Part shown: positions 10,966-22,754 of the stretch, one piece after another
How positions within the stretch are numbered: position 1 is the first letter of the stretch
Layout: the number at the start of each line of letters is the position of its first letter
Assembly: GCA_051453625.1 (NCBI GenBank)
Contig: JBOZIK010000001.1
Location: 38,284,889-38,324,978 of the forward strand
Origin: Welwitschia mirabilis
Taxonomy: Eukaryota
Reading direction: 5' to 3'
Length of the DNA stretch: 40,090 nt
Notes under the pieces: generated by a model
What the model was told of the DNA's origin: nothing
What the model saw: the letters and a program-made list of their open reading frames with translations, nothing else
Database searches by the model: none
Translations under genes and position numbers: made by a program

Positions 10966-13809
10966 ATTAAAAATAAAGTGGACTAGTTTGATTATTAGTG
11001 AAAGGATCTAGTACCAACCATTAGAAGTGCTAAAAAGCTAAAATTTGAAACTAAAACTTATTTAAAAAAATATTATGCATCTTTTGTAAAGCTACAATGT
11101 CATTATCCTTAACAATGGTATGAAAATTCTTACTCAATATCTAGAGTTCATAATTTATAAATCAAAATCCTCATTATAGTAGATCCTTAATGTCATTTTT
11201 TCCATATGAATAAATTAAAATATAGAACTAAATAGAGGCAACACAATGTTCCCTAAATCTAAAATAAAATTAAAACAACATTAGATAGTAGGATTGCATT
11301 GAGTTAAACTTGGATGATAAAGTAGGAAAATGAACTAATTCCAAAGGTCTATCTTAAATTTTCTAACAACAAAACCTTTACTTCACAATATCTTGTAGGC
11401 TCATGAAATAAATCTTAAACTGTTAAGTCATTATGGCTTAGATTATGGTAACATAATCTCATTTACCACATGAGTATTAATGAATTTTTTAGTTTCATTA
11501 ATTTTTTATAACCTAATATAAGCATGAAAAGTAAGAATCATTATGTTTAAGATCTATCAAACAAGATGAATACAACTAAAAGTAACCCTTAAAAACTCAC
11601 TTGACAATGTAACAAATTAATAGTGTAGTCTTATTTAAGCATTAGAAGTATAATTTTAATTATAAATTAAAATAAAAAATGAATAAGTACCACTTTATTA
11701 AAATTAGAAATTCCATTATATTAGAATATGAAAGAAAAGCAGTTATAAACTTCTGAAAACTAGTGCACTCCTAATGGAACAGCTTAAAATGACATCCTAA
11801 AGATCACTCCTTTTCAAAGTTTTATCACTAAGATACATAAAATACTTTTCAATATTCTTTAAAAGGATATTAAAATAAGGGGCAGTTGGCCTTTTCTATA
11901 GGTGAGCATAGGTTTAAGATGGTTAAAAGCCTTTGGCTTATAGTAGTAGATGAGACATTAAATTTTTTATCATGTAGCATTAGGTAGGATGATTAAATGT
12001 TACATCTTGTAGGTTTTGATGGAGGCTTATCATTATGAGTTTAACATTTAGTCTTTACATATGATGCCTTTATTAAATAGTGCTATTGTAATGTATCTTT
12101 AACATCATCACACATGTGATTATTACATGTTATTTACATGTATCTCCCATGCTACTACCACATTCCATGGAAGATAATAATTACAATAAAGATCTTAGTT
12201 AATAAATTGTAAAAACTAAACATTAAATATGTTTAAATTCTAACCCTACTTTTCTTTTAAAAAATGGCTAAGAAGCTCAATTTTAAGAAATAGAATGATC
12301 AAATGTTTTAGCAATATTTGTATATAATCTATTGTACTTCACACTGAGGCTGATGATTTCCATGTCTATCTTATAAATAGTTTACTTAGAATAGGTTAAC
12401 CCTTATGCCTAACATGAAATTTCACTTGTAGTTTAATGTTTTCTATTTAAATAATGTAACTTTTTTAAATTTAATTAATAAAATACTATTATTTTTTAAT
12501 TTAGTATCTTAATTTTATGTTTGGCTTGCAACATACTTTTAATAATTTTGATAAGTTAAAGAAATAGTAATTAATGTTTATTTCGATACTTTTTATAGCA
12601 AGTGTGAATGTTTTACATACTTGTCATGCTTCTTGTTGTACTAAAATATGTTGAGAGTTTTATAAATTTTTGAGCGACTTCTTCATGTTTACATCTTACT
12701 CCATAGTTTATACTAATATTTAATGGTCTTTAAAAATCACATCCTACTTTCCATGATTATATAGATACACTATAAGATCCAAGATGACTTGAGATATTCA
12801 CCACCATTCATATGATGAATGAAATTAGTCACTATTCTTGAGTGTTGATAAAACCTAATATTTTTTATTTAAAATAAGAGAAAATATATTTCATTATAAG
12901 AACTCTAACTATTGTTGTCATATTTATGATAGAATTTGAAAGCTATGCTTATTTCTAGCTTTAGTCTTTAATTGTAAGAAATATTTTCTTTCATTTTAAT
13001 TCTTTCCCTTAAACATTTTCTAAAATTATTTTTGATAGTTTCGAAGTATGCANNNNNNNNNNNNNNNNNNNNNNNNNNNNNNNNNNNNNNNNNNNNNNNN
13101 NNNNNNNNNNNNNNNNNNNNNNNNNNNNNNNNNNNNNNNNNNNNNNNNNNNNNNNNNNNNNNNNNNNNNNNNNNNNNNNNNNNNNNNNNNNNNNNNNNNN
13201 NNNNNNNNNNNNNNNNNNNNNNNNNNNNNNNNNNNNNNNNNNNNNNNNNNNNNNNNNNNNNNNNNNNNNNNNNNNNNNNNNNNNNNNNNNNNNNNNNNNN
13301 NNNNNNNNNNNNNNNNNNNNNNNNNNNNNNNNNNNNNNNNNNNNNNNNNNNNNNNNNNNNNNNNNNNNNNNNNNNNNNNNNNNNNNNNNNNNNNNNNNNN
13401 NNNNNNNNNNNNNNNNNNNNNNNNNNNNNNNNNNNNNNNNNNNNNNNNNNNNNNNNNNNNNNNNNNNNNNNNNNNNNNNNNNNNNNNNNNNNNNNNNNNN
13501 NNNNNNNNNNNNNNNNNNNNNNNNNNNNNNNNNNNNNNNNNNNNNNNNNNNNNNNNNNNNNNNNNNNNNNNNNNNNNNNNNNNNNNNNNNNNNNNNNNNN
13601 NNNNNNNNNNNCCTTAAACATTTTCTAAAATTATTTTTGTTAGTTTCGAAGTATGCATCATTTTACTGTAGTTTTATTATAATTATTACTAAGGGATATA
13701 ATAATACTAGTTTCTTTCTGTAATAAAATACCTAATTTTTATTTATATAAACAAGCCATAAAATAGCCTTTGAAACCTTTGCTAGGAATAATGGGATGAT
13801 AGCTTTACA

Positions 13810-14800
13810 ATGGAGAATATGCAATTTTTTTCTATTTTCTTGAATCTTAGATTTTGGTATTTTTATTTTTTGTATTTTCTAATTATTGATACTAGTTTAT
13901 TTCTAGTGATATTTGAATTGGATGGAGTTCTCTTTTAAATTTTAGGATTTATTTAATCTCTATACTTTCTAATGATGAATACTAGTTATTTCTAGTGATA
14001 CCCAGGCTAATTAATTTTCTCATGTTCTTTTAAATTTTTATGAATTTTTTATCTCTAATATAGAATATATTGTTATATTAATTTTTTTGATTACAGGGCT
14101 AACTAGTTTTTTAAACTTTTTTAATCAATTTCTCTCATACAAAGGACAAAGTATCAAAAATTGATAAAATCAAAGAAATTAAGAATACTAAAATATAAAA
14201 TAATCCTATTTTCTTTGTTTTCTTTTCTTTTCTTTTTTTTCATTTTTCATTATAGTAGATCTTTTATTTTTTAGCACTGCATGTCTTGGATTAAATTTCT
14301 AATTTTTATTTTTATAATGTTATATTTCTTAGTATTTTTCGTAGGTTGCTGTTTTAGTTTGAACTTTGTAGTTTTTATTTTTGCCATTTATTTTCTATAG
14401 TTCATTGTATGAACTATTTTTTATAACCCTGAATGTAATGCCTTCCATTTTTTAAACTATTTTGATCTAAGCAACTAACATCACTACTTAACCTCATGAC
14501 CACTGCTAACTACTAGCCTTTTTGCACCAAACATCTATAGATTTTAAACAAAACCTCATTTTTACCCTCTAAGCTATTTTTGATATTGATCTCCTTCTAA
14601 AACCTCATGGATTTTTGGAAATATATTCCTAATGGTGAATTTATATACTATCTTTTAAAAATTCACATGAGTTGAAGATGTTATCCTTTTGGTACATTAT
14701 ATAAAATACCTTCTAAACCCTAATTGGAACATAACATTAAAAGTATACTATTTGATAGAAACTATTCATAAAATTTTACTAATTATGTTCAACCTAAAAT
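13810..14800. repeat. Right arm of a long diverged inverted repeat (partner ~10170-10965)
   Basis: Its reverse complement aligns block by block with 10170-10965. Boundaries are approximate. Confidence 0.6.
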
Positions 14801-14939
14801 AAACTATATGAGGTTATTTTTAACTTGAAAAAACTCATAAGGAATTACACTTAAATTAAATACTTAAATATTGCTTCATGTTTCTTTTAATATCCTAGTG
14901 TGCATACATTAGATCCTTATTAATAGAATTATAAATCTA

Positions 14940-16362
14940 TTCCTTATCCCTTATTTCTCATTACCTTATCAATGTCCTTTATCCTTCATGTTCTTATAAA
15001 TATCCTTCATATTTTCTTTCATATTCTTCATCACTTGAACAATACCCTTTATCTTATTTCTTACATCATTTAACATTTTATAAAAACCCTTCTCTCTATG
15101 ATAGCCATTGTTATACTTATATTCCTTGAAAGATCCCATATAGATATTCTATAGGGGATGCTATCCAAACCTCTTATAACACTCAACAATCTTCTNNNNN
15201 NNNNNNNNNNNNNNNNNNNNNNNNNNNNNNNNNNNNNNNNNNNNNNNNNNNNNNNNNNNNNNNNNNNNNNNNNNNNNNNNNNNNNNNNNNNNNNNTTCTT
15301 TAGTTTTCATGGAAAACATCTTTAAAAGATTCATGGAATCTTAGGTGAGACTTAAGTAAAGTATTTAATAGTTAAATCAAACCACTACTAAAATCTTTAT
15401 TATACTTAATTAACCTAAATAATAATATCTTTATAATGTATTAAACCTCATCCTAGGATATTAAAGGAATTAACTATAGTAAAATTAATAATAGCCAAGC
15501 CATATCCTTTAATAATGAGAAGCTAATCAATGAGGACCTTGNNNNNNNNNNNNNNNNNNNNNNNNNNNNNNNNNNNNNNNNNNNNNNNNNNNNNNNNNNN
15601 NNNNNNNNNNNNNNNNNNNNNNNNNNNNNNNNNNNNNNNNNNNNNNNNNNNNNNNNNNNNNNNNNNNNNNNNNNNNNNNNNNNNNNNNNNNNNNNNNNNN
15701 NNNNNNNNNNNNNNNNNNNNNNNNNNNNNNNNNNNNNNNNNNNNNNNNNNNNNNNNNNNNNNNNNNNNNNNNNNNNNNNNNNNNNNNNNNNNNNNNNNNN
15801 NNNNNNNNNNNNNNNNNNNNNNNNNNNNNNNNNNNNNNNNNNNNNNNNNNNNNNNNNNNNNNNNNNNNNNNNNNNNNNNNNNNNNNNNNNNNNNNNNNNN
15901 NNNNNNNNNNNNNNNNNNNNNNNNNNNNNNNNNNNNNNNNNNNNNNNNNNNNNNNNNNNNNNNNNNNNNNNNNNNNNNNNNNNNNNNNNNNNNNNNNNNN
16001 NNNNNNNNNNNNNNNNNNNNNNNNNNNNNNNNNNNNNNNNNNNNNNNNNNNNNNNNNNNNNNNNNNNNNNNNNNNNNNNNNNNNNNNNNNNNNNNNNNNN
16101 NNNNNNNNNNNNNNNNNNNNNNNNNNNNNNNNNNNNNNNNNNNNNNNNNNNNNNNNNNNNNNNNNNNNNNNNNNNNNNTAAAGTGGATAACCTTAAACAA
16201 GAATCCATACATGATCCATTACATGTGGAATCTTTTTATTCTTCTTAATATTTTTATGAGAAAAATGTTTTTATTTCATCTTTATCTATTGAGAAATATT
16301 CAAATCTTAATAAAACATATAAAGATTTATTAAAATTAAAATTAATTTCTAATGATTTTAGG
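14940..16362 (-). pseudogene. Possible decayed plant mobile domain (PMD-like) ORF, C-terminal portion
   Basis: Minus-strand RRIKRFHM*WIMYGFLF (~16245-16195), LIPLIS*DEV*YIIKILFRLIKYNKDF (~15475-15390) and a charged coiled-coil-like tail. Motif resemblance is by eye only, and a 638-N gap lies in between. Confidence 0.35.
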
Positions 16363-17700
16363 TATTGGAAAATCTAGTTTTAATGATTTTACATATTAAA
16401 AATTTTGCACCATTATGTAGATAGGTCATTATAGGAACAATAGATCTTGAAAAAACACTTGATCATGATGGATCTTCAAAGACAACATCTTACAAAAAGG
16501 ATTAAAAGATAAACTACAAAAATTAATTATTTGAAGACATCTAAGAAATTGAAGACATCTTGATTGAAGATGTTTAAAAAAGTGAAGATGCCTTAAATAT
16601 ACTAAGTTAAAATAGGTAATAGAGTTAATTTGATTTTTAACTAATATCTTATATTCTAGGTGATGTATGAATTTATACATCATGAAATGATGATTATAGG
16701 TCCAAGGATATTATTGTGTAAAATCTATTAGAATCTAGGCAAGTTGACTCAAGATGTCTATAAAAGTGAAGACATCTAGAGTGAAGACATCTATAAAATT
16801 CAAGATATATTAAACCAAAGTTCATGTCAATTAAAATGAAGTTATACACCCAAATCATAGACATTAGCTATTTGTTACATGGTGGTTATAAAATCAAACA
16901 ACTAACTTTCAAGCTGAAATAGCTAGATCTTCTTCAATGTTATAAATCCTCAACATCATGAATTAAAATTGGACTTTTGACACTTCATTGAATTAGTGAA
17001 ATATATAGATCTTCGAAAGAATGAGTTCAGAAAATCTCACATGAAGAAATCAAAGGATCCATTAGTAAGGATCTAATATTATTCCCATCTCTTGGACTTG
17101 GATCTTCATTACTTCATTCTTCATTCTTCATTCATTACTTCATTCTTCATTCATACTTCATTCTTCATCAAAGTAATATATTTAGATTTGTTATTACGTT
17201 GTATTTTTTATTTCATATTATGTACTATCTTACTATTCTTGAATGTCAAATACTTTATAAGGCAACCCTTGTAGGGTGTGTAATTGTTATTATACTTTTA
17301 GAAATGTGCTGAATATAAGATTATTGGTTAGCCATAAAACCATTATTTCCTTGTAGGGGAGAGAGTGATTCCTTACAAGAAGAATCTAATCATTATAAAG
17401 GTTTATTGTGTACTTATAAAAACTAGTACTTCCTTAAGAATAAGAGAGTGCTATCTTATGAGAATATTCTCATTTGTTATAAGATTGGTGGTACACTAGA
17501 AAACCACTATTTATTATAGGTCAAGAATAAGTAAAGGTGTGAGTAGAATCTACCATCTATGTGTGGACATACCTAGGTTGGGGAACCATGTTATTAATAA
17601 GATGTTTCAATTATTATTTCCATAAATTTGTATTATTAGTTTTAATTTTTATTTGGTATAACTCATTCATTCCTTTCCTTTGAAATTAAACCAATTCTCA
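16363..17700 (+). repeat. 5' LTR of copia element D (1338 bp)
   Basis: Starts TATTGGAAAATCTAG (TG>TA) and ends TTCTCA. Colinear with 22755-24527. Confidence 0.9.
17104..17168 (+). repeat. Imperfect (TTCATTC)n short tandem array inside the 5' LTR
   Basis: CTTCATTACTTCATTCTTCATTCTTCATTCATTACTTCATTCTTCATTCATACTTCATTCTTCATC. The array is shorter in the 3' LTR (~23905-23935). Confidence 0.75.
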
Positions 17701-17702
17701 AG

Positions 17703-17714
17703 TGGTATCAGAGT
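17703..17714 (+). promoter_or_regulatory. Primer-binding site, tRNA-iMet
   Basis: TGGTATCAGAGT 2 nt after the LTR end; canonical form is TGGTATCAGAGC. Confidence 0.9.
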
Positions 17715-17751
17715 GGGTATTTACAAAAAGAAGTAACTTCCTTAAGTGAAC

Positions 17752-19440
17752 ATGGAAGGAGTGCCATTTATTAGACCTCTACTCTTTAATGGAATAAACT
17801 GTGCCTATTAGAAGATGAGGATCAGGTGTACTTATAGTATTTTTAGTTTTAGATATGGTAGAGCATTAAAGAAGGTTATAAAAACCCTATGAAGATCATT
17901 AAAAATGTTGTAGGTAATACCACTAGTAAAATTAAGAAAAGAAAAGATTGTACAAATGAAGAAAAAGTTTCTTTCATATGTGACTCTATAGCTAAGAATG
18001 CACTTTATTCCACTTTATCTATAGAATAGTTCGATAGAATAGTAGATTAAAAGATGATACAAGAAATTTGAAAATCTCTAATTGGAACATATGAAGGCAT
18101 GTCTACTATAAAATAATCTAAGCTTCTTATTTGGATAAATTAATTTGAAAANNNNNNNNNNNNNNNNNNNNNNNNNNNNNNNNNNNNNNNNNNNNNNNNN
18201 NNNNNNNNNNNNNNNNNNNNNNNNNNNNNNGGAGAAGATATTTCTAAAGCAAAGGTAATTCAAAAGGTTGTTAGATCACTAACTCTTGATTATAGGCCAA
18301 AGACCATAGCTATGGAAGAATCTAGAGATTTCAATGTACTGAAGATAGAAGAGTTACAAAGGGTTCTTACAACATACAAAATAGATCTCATTTAAGATGG
18401 AGCTTTAAAAGAGAAATCCATTATACTTAAGACAAGTCAAATCATAAATCAGAGATCAAAAGATGGTTAAAAAAAGAAAAAAATATTAATTTGATGATAA
18501 AGATGAGTAACTAACCTTCATTACATAAAGAGTAAAAAACTACTTCTATGTAAGTATAATACAAGAGATGAGCTAAAACCAAAATCTAGATTTTAAGCGA
18601 AAGGTAAGGATAAAGTTAAGTAGTCTAATGATACCTCTTTCTTAAATGTTTTAAAAATAGAATGTTTAGTATGTGGAGGAAGAGGACACATTGCCTTAGA
18701 ATTCCTTAGTACTAATAGATTGTAAGAAGATAAATAAATGAAGAAGTCTAAAAAAAAGAAATCATTCTTTATTGGATGGAACGAAGATGATGAGGTTACA
18801 GAAGATGAAGCATCATAAAATAAAAAAGCAGATTCTTCCTACGTGGCTATAGCACGCTCTCAAGGTAAATGCAATGATTTAAAAGAGGAATGTGATTTAA
18901 ATTCTAAGAATAACTAGGTATAAGTATTCAAGAAAAATATTATTTAATTTTCGAAGAGTTTATTAATTTTCAAAGATTATGTATAAATACAAAAAAATTA
19001 CTTAATATTTGTAAAAAGGAATATAAATAAGAAAAATATAGTTGCAATGAATTATTCACTAAAAACTCAGCTCTTAAAGCTAAGGTTAAAAGACTAACAT
19101 GTGTTTTGAAGAATGTAAGATAGGAACTTATAGATTTAAATAAAACCATTAAAATATTTATAAAAAATAAATGAACTCTAAATATCATGCTTGAATAAAG
19201 TAGAAGTCCAAAAGATAAGAGTGTCTTAGGACATAATAAGGAAAAAAATACCACTTTAGACCCTTTATTTCAAATATGAAATTACAAACTGAGGTATGAG
19301 CATTTGGAATATACAAATAAATACTATGATTATAGAGGTTATTATCAATATAGATGTCCAATAAAATTTGAAAATAAGTACTATACTAATAAAAGCCAAA
19401 AGGCATGATAGATTGACACATCAGTTTGGATAAGACAAAT
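17752..19440 (+). pseudogene. Decayed copia (SIRE-type) gag
   Basis: MEGVPFIRPLLFNGINCAY*KMR (RPPLFDGxNYxYWK motif), KVIQKVVRSL...KTIAMEESRDF...IEELQRVLTTY (UBN2-type), zinc knuckle IECLVCGGRGHIALEF (~18657-18704), LNIMLE*SRSPKDKSVLGH, and a second decayed knuckle at ~19315-19360. Confidence 0.85.
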
Positions 19441-19471
19441 GAAGAAAGTTTTCTAGTTCTATTTTATAAAA

Positions 19472-21171
19472 ATGACAAGAAGAAAGGTAGAAACAACTTT
19501 AAAAGGTAAATAACAAGCATTAGAATGAACTATATTATAGTAATAACCTTATTTCTACCACAAGGTAGTAGAAAAAGATTTAGAGATTGGTTAAGAAGCT
19601 TAATCATTATAGAAAGAACTCTTGGTTTCTAGAAGAGATGTAAAGAATAAATAATGAGTTATTTTATTTGATTCAATTGGAAAATAATAGTTCAACTTGT
19701 TTAGCCCATTTCTAATCCAGTGATAAGAGATTCTTATGTAAACATTCATGAAATTAATNNNNNNNNNNNNNNNNNNNNNNNNNNNNNNNNNNNNNNNNNN
19801 NNNNNNNNNNNNNNNNNNNNNNNNNNNNNNNNNNNNNNNNNNNNNNNNNNNNNNNNNNCTTATGTGAACATTCATGAAATTAATGATATCACTTTGCATT
19901 TCACACTCAGATTAGGGTACAGACTTACATATTATTTTGAGTTTTATTAATTCCTTACTTGACATAAATGATACAAATATTCAATGTTTTTCAGTAGTTC
20001 ATTTAAAGAAACATTTATTTATAGAATTGTAAATATGTCTCAACATTAAATGATCAATGTTTTGGTTGGACACAGTAGAATGAATTTTGTTAAAGACATT
20101 GAGAGCAAAGACATGATGCTTGATGCCTCTATTCTTAGTTTGGTAACATTTTATAACATTTTAGTTAGAGCAAATAATTATAGATATTTCAAATCCATGT
20201 GGACCTTAATTATAAATTATTTACTCAAAGTTTTCAAATAGATTTGGATTTTGTTTTATGTATGAATATCATCTCACTATTTCATAAGGGATAGAATTTG
20301 GTCCATCCATGTTTTATCAGCCTAATTAGTAATAGGGCAAATACCTCAATACCATAGGTTAACCTTATCCATTAAAAGAAATTATTAGTAGAATTTAGTG
20401 AGAAACAGAAATCATCCATGAGATTATGCAAGGGAATAAATAGGATGACATCATAAATGCAGAGATCATTTTCCACTACTACTCATAGCTCTTCCTTAAT
20501 GAAAAAGAGACTAAAGGCAACTGTAAAAATGGTTGGCAAGATTGAAAGAAATCATCTAATAATAAAGAAACACAAATCTATAGAAAGTAAATATGAGGCA
20601 TAGGTACAGAGCTGGAAATCCATGAGGACTTCCACATGGTTAGACTCAAAGAAGGAGTTATGCATAGAGAAAGAAGTAGGATCATTAGCTCCATTTGGAA
20701 TAGGATATGACTCAAGTAAGGTAACAAATAGTAAGTTATTAGAGAAGACTTCTTAAGATAAGGCACAAGCTTAGGGGAAGTATTAGATTCCCATATAAGC
20801 ACATGTATACGGAAATCCATAGGCTCCATGTCCTTCTCAGCAAAGGCCAATACCATGGGAGATAGAGTTTGTGAGCTCAAATGATCCACCTCATATCTTT
20901 TATTAACTTCATTGTAAGGTTATATTTAACCATTCTACATAGTCATCATAATCATATAGATCCTCTTCATCATAACGTGAACCTTTTTCACCTCCAGTTC
21001 TTCCACCATCACCACCTACTACTTAGAGCTCATTCAAGTAGGACCACTTTTATCCATTTAACTTCCATTATTATTTATAGAAATCAGTATCACCAATTTA
21101 TTGGATACTTCTATTACTCCTTAAATGCATTAACATATGAGGAGGTAGGCCTTTAAGGGTCTTGACAAGTC
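19472..21171 (+). pseudogene. Decayed env-like / extra ORF (putative plant transposon protein, Transposase_32-like)
   Basis: RFRDWLRSLIIIERTL...FNWKIIVQLV*PISNPVIRDSYVNI resembles IxxER...GW...LVREFYAN. It is followed by FYNILVR and YPCFISLI segments and a Pro-rich stretch (PFSPPVLPPSPP). The end is hidden in a gap. Confidence 0.55.
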
Positions 21172-22740
21172 NNNNNNNNNNNNNNNNNNNNNNNNNNNNN
21201 NNNNNNNNNNNNNNNNNNNNNNNNNNNNNNNNNNNNNNNNNNNNNNNNNNNNNNNNNNNNNNNNNNNNNNNNNNNNNNNNNNNNNNNNNNNNNNNNNNNN
21301 NNNNNNNNNNNNNNNNNNNNNNNNNNNNNNNNNNNNNNNNNNNNNNNNNNNNNNNNNNNNNNNNNNNNNNNNNNNNNNNNNNNNNNNNNNNNNNNNNNNN
21401 NNNNNNNNNNNNNNNNNNNNNNNNNNNNNNNNNNNNNNNNNNNNNNNNNNNNNNNNNNNNNNNNNNNNNNNNNNNNNNNNNNNNNNNNNNNNNNNNNNNN
21501 NNNNNNNNNNNNNNNNNNNNNNNNNNNNNNNNNNNNNNNNNNNNNNNNNNNNNNNNNNNNNNNNNNNNNNNNNNNNNNNNNNNNNNNNNNNNNNNNNNNN
21601 NNNNNNNNNNNNNNNNNNNNNNNNNNNNNNNNNNNNNNNNNNNNNNNNNNNNNNNNNNNNNNNNNNNNNNNNNNNNNNNNNNNNNNNNNNNNNNNNNNNN
21701 NNNNNNNNNNNNNNNNNNNNNNNNNNNNNNNNNNNNNNNNNNNNNNNNNNNNNNNNNNNNNNNNNNNNNNNNNNNNNNNNNNNNNNNNNNNNNNNNNNNN
21801 NNNNNNNNNNNNNNNNNNNNNNNNNNNNNNNNNNNNNNNNNNNNNNNNNNNNNNNNNNNNNNNNNNNNNNNNNNNNNNNNNNNNNNNNNNNNNNNNNNNN
21901 NNNNNNNNNNNNNNNNNNNNNNNNNNNNNNNNNNNNNNNNNNNNNNNNNNNNNNNNTTAAAATCTTAATGATTAGAGCCTTTATTTGATATCTAAAAAGG
22001 GGAAGAAGTATATGGAAAATCATTAGAAGATTAGTTTGATTCTATAGCTTTTAGGATAAGGACACTCTGTTAGGATTGGAGTTCTTAATTTTGAGGTTTT
22101 TAATTAGATCCATGAGTCTAATCATTTGTAATGATGATCCCTTCTTAATGTTTAATGTAAATTCATGTTATTTGATTCTTTCTATCATTTTAGCTTATTA
22201 ATTCCTGCATTATGTTTGGCACATTTCTCATTCTTAACATTAAGCTTTTATTGACACATTTTTAATATGTAATACTCTGATTATTTGGTAATTAAAATGA
22301 TTTCATATGATGATAATACATTTCTTAATTACTATAATGTTTATTAATATTAGACTTATGAGAACATCTATTTTTAATATAATATTGGCATACAATTAAA
22401 AAAATGACATATTTTCACAAGTATATTATAAGGTTGAGATTATCAAATGTTTATGTAATTTATTTTTTTTACGTACATATGCGAATGGAGAATATAATGA
22501 TTTATCATTTATTTTTATGTATTTTACAAAGTTACTTAAGTGAATAAAAAATGTGTCTTATTTTGGTTCTTTAAGTGGTTTATATACATATATATCTAAG
22601 TGACTTTTTTGATTTTAAGTGGCACATATCATGATTATTGCAACTAGTAATTAATGTGCATTTCTCTAAAATAAAATGTCTGATTTCAATTGATTAGTTG
22701 AGATTGCACAAATGAGATTTACCAAGTTTTAGATATCATT

Positions 22741-22754
22741 AAAAAGGGGAATTT
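22741..22754 (+). promoter_or_regulatory. Polypurine tract of element D
   Basis: AAAAAGGGGAATTT immediately before LTR start TGTTGG. A second tract AAAAAGGGGAAGAAG lies at 21994-22008. Confidence 0.85.

Noticed and set aside
16532..16810. Regularly spaced TGAAGACATCT units as a CRISPR-like array
   Set aside because: Units are only ~11 bp with 4-7 nt spacers, lie inside plant LTRs and have no cas genes nearby.
20881..21156. His-rich 91-aa ORF as a metal-binding protein
   Set aside because: It is an alternative frame of the Pro-rich (CCA/CCT) segment of the decayed extra ORF.
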